Assembly (NCBI GenBank): GCA_964430105.1
Contig: CAYSEF010000005.1
Coordinates: 183 to 64,182, forward strand
DNA: 64,000 bases
Source of the DNA: an uncultured Ruminococcus sp.
GTDB lineage: Bacteria; Bacillota; Clostridia; Oscillospirales; CAG-272
Direction: 5' to 3'
The notes beneath the pieces were generated by a model that made no database searches, was not told the origin of the DNA, and saw nothing but the letters and a program-made list of their open reading frames with translations. Below are positions 55,835-64,000 of this stretch, piece after piece. The translations under genes were made by a program, and so were the position numbers. Position 1 is the stretch's first letter. Every line of letters starts with the position of its first letter.

Positions 55835-55883
55835 AAAAAAGTGCTGTCACACAAAGGAATTGATTTCCTAAATGCGACAGCAC
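55835..55883 (-). repeat. conserved-loop hairpin terminator element, copy 6 (minus orientation, after pepF; most diverged)
   Basis: Minus strand reads GTGCTGTCGC-ATTTAGGAAATCAATTCCTTTG-TGTGACAGCAC followed by TTTTTT. Confidence 0.65.
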
Positions 55884-55904
55884 AAATATTATTTACATAA
55901 GCGA

Positions 55905-57680
55905 TCAGCCGATAATAGCTGCAAGTTCATCGATGGTTTCATCGAATACCTTCATGGCGTTCTTCACAACATCGGGCGAAGTAAGGTCGATTCCCGCAAT
56001 TTTCAGCTCATTGATCGGGTAATCGGAGCCACCTGTTGAAAGGAACTTGAGATAATTTGAAGCATCTCCTGTTTCAAGGATATTTGAAGCTATAGCTACA
56101 GCAGAGGAGAAGCCGGTCGCATACTGATATACATAATATGCGTTGTAGAAATGTGGGATATATGCCCATTCATACTTCACAGGATCACGGAATTCCGCAT
56201 CGGGATAATACTGCTTAACGAGGTCGGCATACAGCTCATTCATCGCTTCAGCTGTAATAGGTGTACCCTGTGCATCGAAGGTATGTGCCTTATGTTCAAA
56301 TTCAGCGAACAATGTCTGACGGAACACAGTAGTTCTAAAGCCTTCAAGGAAGTGATTGAGAATATAAGCGCGTCTTCTGCTGTCAGTTTCAACCGAAAGG
56401 AGATATTTTGTAAGAAGAACCTCATTTACAGTAGAAGCAACCTCTGCTACGAGGATCTTGTAATCATGGTTTGCGTGATCCTGCGCTTCAGCAGAAAGAT
56501 ATGAATGCATTGCATGGCCAAGCTCATGTGCGAGAGTAAATGCATCGTCAAGTGTATCGGTATAGTTCAATTTTACGAACGGATGAACGCCATAAACACC
56601 TGCTGAAAATGCTCCTGATTCCTTACCGGGAGTTTCATATACATCGATCCAATTATCCTTATATGCACGACGAATAACATTCTGATATTCTTCGCCAAGC
56701 GGTGCAACAGCCTTCAAAACAAGCTCGCAACCGGTTTCATAAGGCATTGGATATTCTACATCGCCAACCATAGGAGTATAGAGATCGTAAACATCAAGCT
56801 TTTCTACACCGAGTACCTTTTCACGAAGCTTTAAGTACTTGCTCATAGACGGAATAGCCTCATGAACAGCTTCGATAAGTGCATCATAAACTTCTTCGGG
56901 AACATTTGAATATGAGAGTGAAGAAGCTCTTGCGGAGGAATAACCTCTCAGTTCGGAGAATGTATTGTTCTGCTTTACATTGCCGGCATAAAGGCTTGCG
57001 AAGGTGTTGATAAACTTACCATAGGTGCCAAACATTGCTTCAAATGCAGCTTCACGGACAGCTCTGTTCTTAGATTCACGGAAAACACTGAAATTACCTG
57101 CTGTAAGCTGTTCTTCCTCACCGCTGTCACCAACGACCATGGGAAGCTCCATTTCAACATTTGTGAGCATATCATATGTATCTGACGGGGTATTGGTGAT
57201 ATTTCCGATTTTTGCCAGAATTGCTTCGCTCTTTTCATCGAGAACATGGTCACGAAGTCTTGTTGCATTCTCAATTATATGTGCATACTTTGCAAGAGGC
57301 TCATACTTCATGAATTCAGCGAGAGTTTCAGTAGGAATTGCCATAAGCTCAGGGCCGGAAAAAGAAGTAGCGGTATTAGCCTTAACAGCGAGCATCATTG
57401 AACGGTTCATAAGGTTCTGTGCATTTGTATCGCCACCGTCGATTACCTTTTGAAGCATTGCATATTCGATAACGAGCGTAAATTTCTGCTCAAACTTATC
57501 CATTTCTTCATACGCATTAAAGAGAGCCTCAGCAGATGTTCCGAGAGTTCCTTTAAGTTCAGCGAGGGAGGCTATCATAGCATCGCATTCAGCATAAGCA
57601 GTTTCCCAATCATCCTGTGTTGCGAAAAGATGTGTGAAGTCCCATTTATAAGAAGCGGGGATATCGTTTCTGTTTTTCAT
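55905..57680 (-). CDS. pepF: oligoendopeptidase F (M3B)
   Basis: HELGHAMH zinc motif and full-length PepF-like sequence. ATG 57680 follows AAAGGA; the ORF track starts 48 nt earlier. Confidence 0.88.
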   Translation of the reverse strand: MKNRNDIPASYKWDFTHLFATQDDWETAYAECDAMIASLAELKGTLGTSAEALFNAYEEMDKFEQKFTLVIEYAMLQKVIDGGDTNAQNLMNRSMMLAVKANTATSFSGPELMAIPTETLAEFMKYEPLAKYAHIIENATRLRDHVLDEKSEAILAKIGNITNTPSDTYDMLTNVEMELPMVVGDSGEEEQLTAGNFSVFRESKNRAVREAAFEAMFGTYGKFINTFASLYAGNVKQNNTFSELRGYSSARASSLSYSNVPEEVYDALIEAVHEAIPSMSKYLKLREKVLGVEKLDVYDLYTPMVGDVEYPMPYETGCELVLKAVAPLGEEYQNVIRRAYKDNWIDVYETPGKESGAFSAGVYGVHPFVKLNYTDTLDDAFTLAHELGHAMHSYLSAEAQDHANHDYKILVAEVASTVNEVLLTKYLLSVETDSRRRAYILNHFLEGFRTTVFRQTLFAEFEHKAHTFDAQGTPITAEAMNELYADLVKQYYPDAEFRDPVKYEWAYIPHFYNAYYVYQYATGFSSAVAIASNILETGDASNYLKFLSTGGSDYPINELKIAGIDLTSPDVVKNAMKVFDETIDELAAIIG

Positions 57681-57720
57681 AATTATTTCCTTTCTGGTTT
57701 TTCTTATGTGTTCGTAATGC

Positions 57721-59289
57721 TTATCCACGCTTGAGCATTGATTTCAGCTCCTGCATGGTTACAATTTTAAAGAGAAGCACGAGTACAGCATAAACAACTA
57801 CAGCCACACATATAGCGAGAAGTCCACCCATTCTGACTCCCGCAAGTGAGGACAATGGTTGATAAGCAAAATATGCAGCCGCACCCATTATGAGTGATGC
57901 CACGACAGTTTTAATTGTAGTTGTGATAATCGCACCACAGCCTTCCAAATATTGACGTAAGAAGAACAGATCGAGTGCAATCATAACAACGTAGCAAACG
58001 CAGGTAGCAATAGGAGCACCGAGAATGTTTATATTCTCCACTCCGACAAGCACAGCGTTCAACGCACATTTAACGCCACCACCGACACACAATGCTATAA
58101 GCGGTTTGTTTACTTGACCGAATGCCTGTAAAATCGCTCCGGATATAGAAACTACCGCATAAAGGATGACCGCAATACCAAAAACAGCAAGAAGCGGTGC
58201 ACCGGCTGAAGCTTCATCGGGTGTATTGAAATAAATAATATTCATGATAGGGTCAGCGAGAACTGAAATTCCAACACCGGCAGGAAGAGCAAGCATAAGC
58301 GCATACTTGAAGCAGGTCGTCATATTCTTCGCAACACCTTCTTTATCCTTCGCAGTAAATGCTGCTGTAAGAACAGGCAAGATACTTACCGAGAACGGTA
58401 CGATAAAGGCAGAGGGGAAATTGAATATTTTCTTTGCATTGCCGAATACGCCATACAGCCAGTTTGCATCTTCGTAAGTGTAGCCAAGACCATCCTGCAA
58501 AACACGCATTATAACTGTTGTATCAATGAGGTTTACAAGACTCATTACGGAAGCTCCGAGAGATACCGGTATTGCTATACGGAACAGTTCCTTTAATATA
58601 GCCTTATCGGAACGAACGGGCATACCTGACTTCTCTATATTGGCATCGTGACGTTTTTTATTGAACAGAAGATACACAACCGACAAAACAGCTCCGACAG
58701 AAACGCCGGCTATAGCACCTGCCGAACCTCCGACATACGAAAGCTCAGTTTTCATAAGAACAAACGCAAGCGCACATCCAAGTCCCAGCTTTGCAACTGC
58801 TTCAATGACCTGTGACACTGCGGTATGTGTCATTATGGAGTAGCCCTGGAAATAACCACGCAAAGCTGACATAATAAAAGCACAAAATGCGGTAATTGCA
58901 AGCACTCTGATTGACAAACTTGTATTTGGGCTTTTTATAAATGCCGCAAGCCAATCGGCTCCTATAAACATAACTGCGGCAATGACAGCACCGATGAGCG
59001 TAAATACACGAACGGAAACCTTATATATTCGTTCCGCTTCATCAGTATTACCTGATACAAGAGTTTCGCTTACCATTCGAGAAACAGCTACCGGAAGACC
59101 GGCTGAAGCGAGAACGGCAAACATATTGTAAATATCGTAGGCAGTATAGAAATAACCCATTCCTTCCCCACCAAGCATATTTGCAATAGGGAGAGTGAAC
59201 AGGAGTCCAGCAAGCTTTACAAGTGCTGTTGAAATCGTAAGAATAAACGCGCCATGCAGAAACGCGCCTTTTGATGAAGTGTTTTTCGT
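57721..59289 (-). CDS. MOP-superfamily flippase (MurJ/SpoVB-like polysaccharide biosynthesis protein), apparent ACG start
   Basis: About 14 TM helices. The conserved first helix (KGAFLHGAFILTISTALVKLAGLLFTLPIANMLGGEGMGYF) lies upstream of the first in-frame ATG (59178). SD AAGGAAGG (59305-59298) sits 8 nt before ACG (59289-59287). Confidence 0.65.
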   Translation of the reverse strand, partial: TKNTSSKGAFLHGAFILTISTALVKLAGLLFTLPIANMLGGEGMGYFYTAYDIYNMFAVLASAGLPVAVSRMVSETLVSGNTDEAERIYKVSVRVFTLIGAVIAAVMFIGADWLAAFIKSPNTSLSIRVLAITAFCAFIMSALRGYFQGYSIMTHTAVSQVIEAVAKLGLGCALAFVLMKTELSYVGGSAGAIAGVSVGAVLSVVYLLFNKKRHDANIEKSGMPVRSDKAILKELFRIAIPVSLGASVMSLVNLIDTTVIMRVLQDGLGYTYEDANWLYGVFGNAKKIFNFPSAFIVPFSVSILPVLTAAFTAKDKEGVAKNMTTCFKYALMLALPAGVGISVLADPIMNIIYFNTPDEASAGAPLLAVFGIAVILYAVVSISGAILQAFGQVNKPLIALCVGGGVKCALNAVLVGVENINILGAPIATCVCYVVMIALDLFFLRQYLEGCGAIITTTIKTVVASLIMGAAAYFAYQPLSSLAGVRMGGLLAICVAVVVYAVLVLLFKIVTMQELKSMLKRG

Positions 59290-59327
59290 AAGTAAGACCT
59301 TCCTTGCAGTAAAATAATAACGCTTTC

Positions 59328-59356
59328 ATTTTATCACAGCTTGAAGATAAAGTCAA
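59328..59356 (-). promoter_or_regulatory. promoter of the MurJ/SpoVB-like gene
   Basis: Minus strand TTGACT-17 nt-TAAAAT. Confidence 0.5.
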
Positions 59357-59509
59357 TAAACTTCATGTGAACTATGAAATCATATAACGCTTTACTGTTC
59401 AGAAGCATTTTTTTACAGTTTATTCTGCAAATTCTGTTTACTCATTGTTAAACAGCAAAATTCCTGCTATAATTAACACAGAAGATTACATTATATCGAG
59501 GTATATTCG

Positions 59510-60520
59510 ATGAACGAAATTTTATCTGAATTCTATATTTGTTCGTGCGAAAACGATGGCGGTATGTATCGCTTTGTTTTTACAGATGACGAAAATCTTA
59601 TTTGTACACAAAAAATCGACATTCCAAATCCGCTTTGGGCTGAAGTAACGGAAGAAAAGCTTTGCGTATGCGCATTAGGCAAAAATTGGGAAAGTGGCAA
59701 AACTGACAACAGCGAAGGCTATGCAGAATTTTCCCTTGCATCAGGTGAGTTGATCGGTGATATTACTCCGCTTGACAGCAATGAAGTTTGTCATTTATGC
59801 ATAACGAATGATAAAGTGTATCTGGCAAGCTATGGTGACGGAAGTATTATCACCAAAATGCCTGATGGCACACTGCAAAAGCTAACTCATAAGGCAAGCG
59901 AAGCAATTCCGCTCGGGAAAAATATCGAACGTCAGGAAAGACCTCATGCACACCATTGCCTGCTTTCACCGGATGGAAAATTTCTGTTGGTATGTGACCT
60001 TGGGCTTGACTGTGTATTTGTATATGACCTTGATTTGAAGCTAATATCATACGCTAAAATCCCATGCAGTCACGGAGCAAGACATTCTGTTTTTTCAAAG
60101 GATGGCAAAAAAGTCTACATTCTCGGTGAAATGGGTACATCCGTTACTGAATTTTTATGGGATAACGGATATCTTACACCAAAAAACACAGTAAGCATTA
60201 GAGTACAAGATAAAATCACAGCCGACGGTGCAGCGGCAATACGTCTTTCAAGCGATGGCGAACATTTATACTGTACAGACAGGGGAGAAAATATGATAGC
60301 ACACCTTACGACAAGCGAAGGCTTAAAGCTGATCTCGCAGACTCAGTGCGGTGGTATACATCCCAGGGATTTCACGCTTATATCAAACGGAAAATATGGC
60401 GTGTGCTGTAACAGATTTTCAAACAACATTGCACTATTCAGAATAAACAACGAGCATGAACTTGAATTTATCAGATCGTATGATATTCCCTCGCCTGTGT
60501 GCGTCAGTGAAATAAAATAA
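59510..60520 (+). CDS. 7-bladed beta-propeller lactonase family protein (6-phosphogluconolactonase-like)
   Basis: 336 aa with HAHHCLLSPDGKFLLVCDLGLDCVFVYD, typical of this family. Terminator at 60524-60575. Confidence 0.65.
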   Translation: MNEILSEFYICSCENDGGMYRFVFTDDENLICTQKIDIPNPLWAEVTEEKLCVCALGKNWESGKTDNSEGYAEFSLASGELIGDITPLDSNEVCHLCITNDKVYLASYGDGSIITKMPDGTLQKLTHKASEAIPLGKNIERQERPHAHHCLLSPDGKFLLVCDLGLDCVFVYDLDLKLISYAKIPCSHGARHSVFSKDGKKVYILGEMGTSVTEFLWDNGYLTPKNTVSIRVQDKITADGAAAIRLSSDGEHLYCTDRGENMIAHLTTSEGLKLISQTQCGGIHPRDFTLISNGKYGVCCNRFSNNIALFRINNEHELEFIRSYDIPSPVCVSEIK

Positions 60521-60586
60521 CAAAACACCGCCAACGTTCACTACACTGATGTGCAACCATTGGCGGTGTTTATTTGTTTAATTTAA

Positions 60587-61024
60587 TTAAAAATCAACGT
60601 CTTCGTCTTCATCATCAAGAAGAGGCTTCTGGCAAGCAGGGCAGATAACATCTTCGGGATTTACAGTATCATCGAAGTAAACCTTACCACCGCAGTTCGG
60701 GCATTCTGCAACATAGAATTCCTCGTCGTCTTCATCTTCGTCATCGTCGTGGCAGTGACAACCGCAATCACAGTCATCATCATCTTCATCGTCGCAATCA
60801 CATTCATCATAAATGATTTCTTCAATGCTGCCGAGATCTTCATCGAGTTCTTCGAGATATTCGTTTGCAATATCAAGCTCGTCGGTGAGGTCTTCAATTT
60901 CGTCAGCCATCTGAGAGCAGAGTTCTACAAGAGCTGAAATGATCTTTCCTTCCGGAGTAGTCTTATCGAGCTCAACACCGTCCATAAGACCCTTGATATA
61001 TGCGCTGTATTCCTTTGTTTTCAT
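60587..61024 (-). CDS. highly acidic Cys/His-rich protein with C-terminal zinc ribbon
   Basis: N-terminal helical region, then DECDCDDEDDDDCDCGCHCHDDDEDEDDEE, then CPNCGG...CPAC. ATG 61024 follows AAGGAG. Immediately downstream of efp. Confidence 0.6.
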   Translation of the reverse strand: MKTKEYSAYIKGLMDGVELDKTTPEGKIISALVELCSQMADEIEDLTDELDIANEYLEELDEDLGSIEEIIYDECDCDDEDDDDCDCGCHCHDDDEDEDDEEFYVAECPNCGGKVYFDDTVNPEDVICPACQKPLLDDEDEDVDF

Positions 61025-61155
61025 GTTTGTACTCCTTTTCAATTTAATAAGATATCAATTAAGGCTACTCAAAAACTGGGCAGCCTTAACATTGTTGTCA
61101 TATTAACTTTGTCTACGCCACTGATGCTGAAAAACACCTGTGGGAACGTCTCCAC

Positions 61156-61713
61156 TTATGCTCTTTCGAGATATTCGGAGGTACGAGTATCGATCTTGAT
61201 CTTGTCGCCGGTATTGATAAAGAGCGGTACGCGAATGGTAGCGCCTGTTTCAACTGTAGCGGTCTTAGATGCACCTGTAGCTGTATCGCCACGAACACCG
61301 GGTTCGCAATCAGTGATCTCGAGTTCAACGAACATCGGAGGTTCAACTGCAAAAGGCTTGTCCTGGTAGGAGTGAATCTTACAGATCATTTCTTCCTTAA
61401 CGAACTTGAAGTTATCACCGATGAGATCCTGTCCGATCGGCACCTGCTCGTAGGATTCCATATCCATGAAGTAATACAGATCGCCATCATTGTAGAGATA
61501 CTGCATTTCCTTGCGTTCGATTCTTGCATCGTTATATTTGTCGGTAGGAGAGAATGTTTTTTCAACGACAGCGCCGGTGATAACATTTCTCAGCTTGGTA
61601 CGAACGAAAGCCGCGCCCTTACCGGGTTTAACGTGCTGGAATTCGATAACCTGCATTACCTGACCGTCCATATCAAAAGTTACGCCATTCTTAAAATCGC
61701 CTGCTACAACCAT
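61156..61713 (-). CDS. efp: translation elongation factor P
   Basis: 185 aa with [15 protein letters not shown]. Confidence 0.93.
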   Translation of the reverse strand: MVVAGDFKNGVTFDMDGQVMQVIEFQHVKPGKGAAFVRTKLRNVITGAVVEKTFSPTDKYNDARIERKEMQYLYNDGDLYYFMDMESYEQVPIGQDLIGDNFKFVKEEMICKIHSYQDKPFAVEPPMFVELEITDCEPGVRGDTATGASKTATVETGATIRVPLFINTGDKIKIDTRTSEYLERA

Positions 61714-61877
61714 ATTTGTGTTTATCCCTTCTTTGGGATAAGCTCCTTTCGTGTTATAAGAGTTACAATATAATTACACTCTATTGTATAACATTTCAGC
61801 GCATATTTCAAGAGGTAAAGGAAGATTTTTTGAAAAAATATTGATATTTTCCCAATAAAAGCAATATTTGCTCTACC

Positions 61878-62648
61878 TTACGCCTGAGCTGCGTCTACGA
61901 TCTTTGCAAATTTTTCAGGAACGAGAGATGCGCCGCCGATAAGACCGCCATCAACGTCAACCTTAGAAAGAAGTTCAGCCGCATTGCCATCGTTCATGGA
62001 GCCACCGTACTGAATTGTAAGAGCTTCTGCAACGTCATTGTTATAAAGACCTGCAACAACATTTCTGATAATTCCGCAAACTTCTTCAGCCTGATCCGGT
62101 GTAGCGGTAAGACCTGTACCGATAGCCCAAACAGGTTCGTATGCGATGATAACATTCTTCATCTGTTCAGCGGGAATACCTGCAAGGTCGAGCTTTGTCT
62201 GCATAGAAACGATTTCTTCGGTGATACCTGCCTGACGTTCTTCAAGAACTTCACCGAGGCAGAGGATAACCTTCAGACCTGCATCAAGAGCTGCACGGGT
62301 TCTCTTATTAACAGTTTCATCAGTTTCGCCAAAGTACTGTCTTCTTTCGGAGTGACCGATAATAACGTATTCAACGCCACATTCAAGAAGCATATCAGCA
62401 GAAATTTCGCCTGTGAACGCACCCTTAGCTTCAAAGTGAACATTCTGAGCACCGATCTTAACATTTGTACCCTTTGCAGCTTCAACAGCAGTAGCGATAT
62501 CAACGAACGGAACGCAAAGTACAACTTCGCAACCATTCTTACCTGCAACGAGTTCAGCAGTTTTTTCAACAGCAACCTTAGCTGCGGAAGGAGTCATATT
62601 CATCTTCCAGTTGCCGGCAATAATAACCTTACGAGAATCCTTTTTCAT
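61878..62648 (-). CDS. tpiA: triose-phosphate isomerase
   Basis: IIAGNWKMN, GHSERR and AYEPVWAIGTG motifs. Start taken at ATG 62648. Confidence 0.93.
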   Translation of the reverse strand: MKKDSRKVIIAGNWKMNMTPSAAKVAVEKTAELVAGKNGCEVVLCVPFVDIATAVEAAKGTNVKIGAQNVHFEAKGAFTGEISADMLLECGVEYVIIGHSERRQYFGETDETVNKRTRAALDAGLKVILCLGEVLEERQAGITEEIVSMQTKLDLAGIPAEQMKNVIIAYEPVWAIGTGLTATPDQAEEVCGIIRNVVAGLYNNDVAEALTIQYGGSMNDGNAAELLSKVDVDGGLIGGASLVPEKFAKIVDAAQA

Positions 62649-62774
62649 TTTTATATACCTCAATTCATTGTATTTTGTTGAAGAATAACGGTAAAAAAAG
62701 AAGCATTTTCATTTTTCACCTGTCATAAAAAAGGGGGAAAGCAGATAGCCGTCCCCCAAAAATATCAAAACGAA

Positions 62775-63965
62775 TTATTCCTTGTCCTGGAGGCAAGCAA
62801 TACCGGGAAGCTCAAGACCTTCGAGGAATTCGAGGGATGCGCCGCCACCTGTGGAGATGTGAGTCATCTTGTCAGCATAGCCGAGATTTTCAACTGCTGC
62901 TGCGGAGTCACCACCACCGATAATGGAGATAGCACCGGAATCAGCAACTGCCTTAGCAACTGCCTTTGTACCGGAAGCAAAGTTTTCCCATTCGGAAACG
63001 CCCATAGGACCATTCCAAATTACAGTGCCTGCGCCTGCGATAGTCTTGGAGTAGAGTTCCTGAGTCTTTTCACCGATATCAAGACCCATCCAGCCATCCG
63101 GAATAGAGTCGGAGTAAATACGCATGAATGTAGTATCTTCCTTATATTCACGACCGATTACGTTGTCAACGGGGAGAAGGAAGTTAACACCCTTTGCACG
63201 AGCCTTAGCAAGGAGGTCACGAGCGAGGTCAAGCTTGTCTTCTTCGCAGATGGAAGTACCTGTAGTATTGCCGAGAGCACGGAAGAAGGTATAAGCCATA
63301 CCACCACCGATGATAAGTGTATCAACCTTTTCAATGAGGTTGTTGATAACACCGATCTTATCGGAAACCTTAGCACCACCGAGGATAGCAACGAAAGGTC
63401 TCTTAGGATCGCTGAGAGCGCCACCCATGATGTCGATTTCCTTCTGAATGAGGTAACCGCAAACAGCAGGGAGGTAATCAGCAACGCCTGCAGTAGAAGA
63501 ATGTGCACGGTGAGCTGTACCGAAAGCATCATTTACATAGATTTCTGCAAGAGAAGCGAGTGCCTTGGAGAATTCGGGATCGTTCTTTTCTTCTTCCTTG
63601 TGGAAACGAACGTTTTCGAGAAGCATAACTTCTCCGTCCTTAAGTGCAGCAGCCTTAGCCTGAGCATCAGGACCGATAACGTCAGCAGCGAGAGCAACTT
63701 CAACGCCAAGTCTTTCGGAAAGTCTCTTAGCAACGGGAGCGAGGGAGTACTTCATATTGAATTCGCCCTTCGGTCTGCCCATGTGAGAGCAAAGGATAAC
63801 CTTAGCGCCCTGACCCATGAGGTACTGAATTGTCGGAAGTGCGCCGGTGATTCTGTTTTCATCAGTGATAACGCCGTCCTTGAGCGGAACATTAAAGTCG
63901 CAACGGACGAGGACTTTTTTGCCCTTTACGTCGATATCTTCAACGGATTTCTTGTTGTAAGTCAT
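62775..63965 (-). CDS. pgk: phosphoglycerate kinase
   Basis: 396 aa with VRCDFNVP and GGGDS motifs. Confidence 0.94.
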   Translation of the reverse strand: MTYNKKSVEDIDVKGKKVLVRCDFNVPLKDGVITDENRITGALPTIQYLMGQGAKVILCSHMGRPKGEFNMKYSLAPVAKRLSERLGVEVALAADVIGPDAQAKAAALKDGEVMLLENVRFHKEEEKNDPEFSKALASLAEIYVNDAFGTAHRAHSSTAGVADYLPAVCGYLIQKEIDIMGGALSDPKRPFVAILGGAKVSDKIGVINNLIEKVDTLIIGGGMAYTFFRALGNTTGTSICEEDKLDLARDLLAKARAKGVNFLLPVDNVIGREYKEDTTFMRIYSDSIPDGWMGLDIGEKTQELYSKTIAGAGTVIWNGPMGVSEWENFASGTKAVAKAVADSGAISIIGGGDSAAAVENLGYADKMTHISTGGGASLEFLEGLELPGIACLQDKE

Positions 63966-64000
63966 AATGATACCTTTCCTTAGTAAAAAAGATTTTCATA

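Noticed and set aside
951-55883. Whether the six dispersed hairpin repeats could be a degenerate CRISPR array or MITE insertions with target-site duplications
   Set aside because: The copies are kilobases apart and each sits exactly at a gene 3' end with a T-run. No cas genes are present, and I could see no flanking direct repeats. I therefore treat them as a terminator family; see findings.
59048-59356. 102-aa minus-strand ORF upstream of, and overlapping, the flippase gene
   Set aside because: It is out of frame with the conserved MurJ/SpoVB N-terminus that occupies the same DNA. Its internal ATG (59329) lies inside the predicted -10 box. The translation is Cys/Trp/Tyr-rich and not protein-like.
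62859-63983. 374-aa ORF on the plus strand
   Set aside because: It lies entirely antisense to pgk, whose translation is unmistakable. It is a typical shadow ORF with low-complexity, Ser/Cys-rich composition and no RBS.
1-64000. Search by eye for mobile elements, prophage, integrases, toxin-antitoxin pairs, defence-system ATPase/nuclease clusters, rRNA and tRNA genes
   Set aside because: I recognised none. Every long ORF has a housekeeping, metabolic or envelope assignment. The RHH protein upstream of mscL has no toxin partner. The MutS paralog stands alone.

Overview
This window looks like a chromosomal, mostly housekeeping region of an anaerobic Firmicute. The Clostridia / Ruminococcus-like assignment is inferred from gene content only. 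I found about 55 protein genes and saw no rRNA, tRNA, CRISPR array, transposase, integrase or prophage gene. Recognisable blocks: RlmB-like methylase, then DUF951-YfhO-RuvA-RuvB; a UDG / LURP-one / MATE cluster; uxaC; a MutS paralog; AsnC plus aminotransferase; rpmB; the [FeFe]-hydrogenase maturation operon (TM1266-type regulator, hydG, hydF); mscL and mscS; tilS-ftsH; the CIRCE-controlled hrcA-grpE-dnaK-dnaJ-prmA operon; pepF; efp; and tpiA-pgk. The items most worth follow-up: (1) a clear T-box riboswitch, with an apparent AUC/Ile specifier, in front of a single 763-aa fusion of XRE-HTH, cupin and acyl-CoA synthetase. (2) A two-gene operon of large, signal-peptide-less glycoside-hydrolase-like proteins. 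One has GH38-type domains in circularly permuted order; the other is a GH9-like protein with an internal duplication and a truncated second module. (3) A family of six hairpin terminator elements with a conserved loop and co-varying stems, each oriented with the gene it follows. (4) A MurJ/SpoVB-like flippase gene whose only plausible initiation codon is ACG. (5) A terminator-containing leader ahead of the hydrogenase maturase operon. (6) A cluster of three exported-protein genes (orphan solute-binding lipoprotein, MBL plus lamin-tail lipoprotein, transglutaminase plus SLH). All calls come from reading the sequence and the ORF translations. No database search, HMM or folding program was run, so family names rest on motif recognition.
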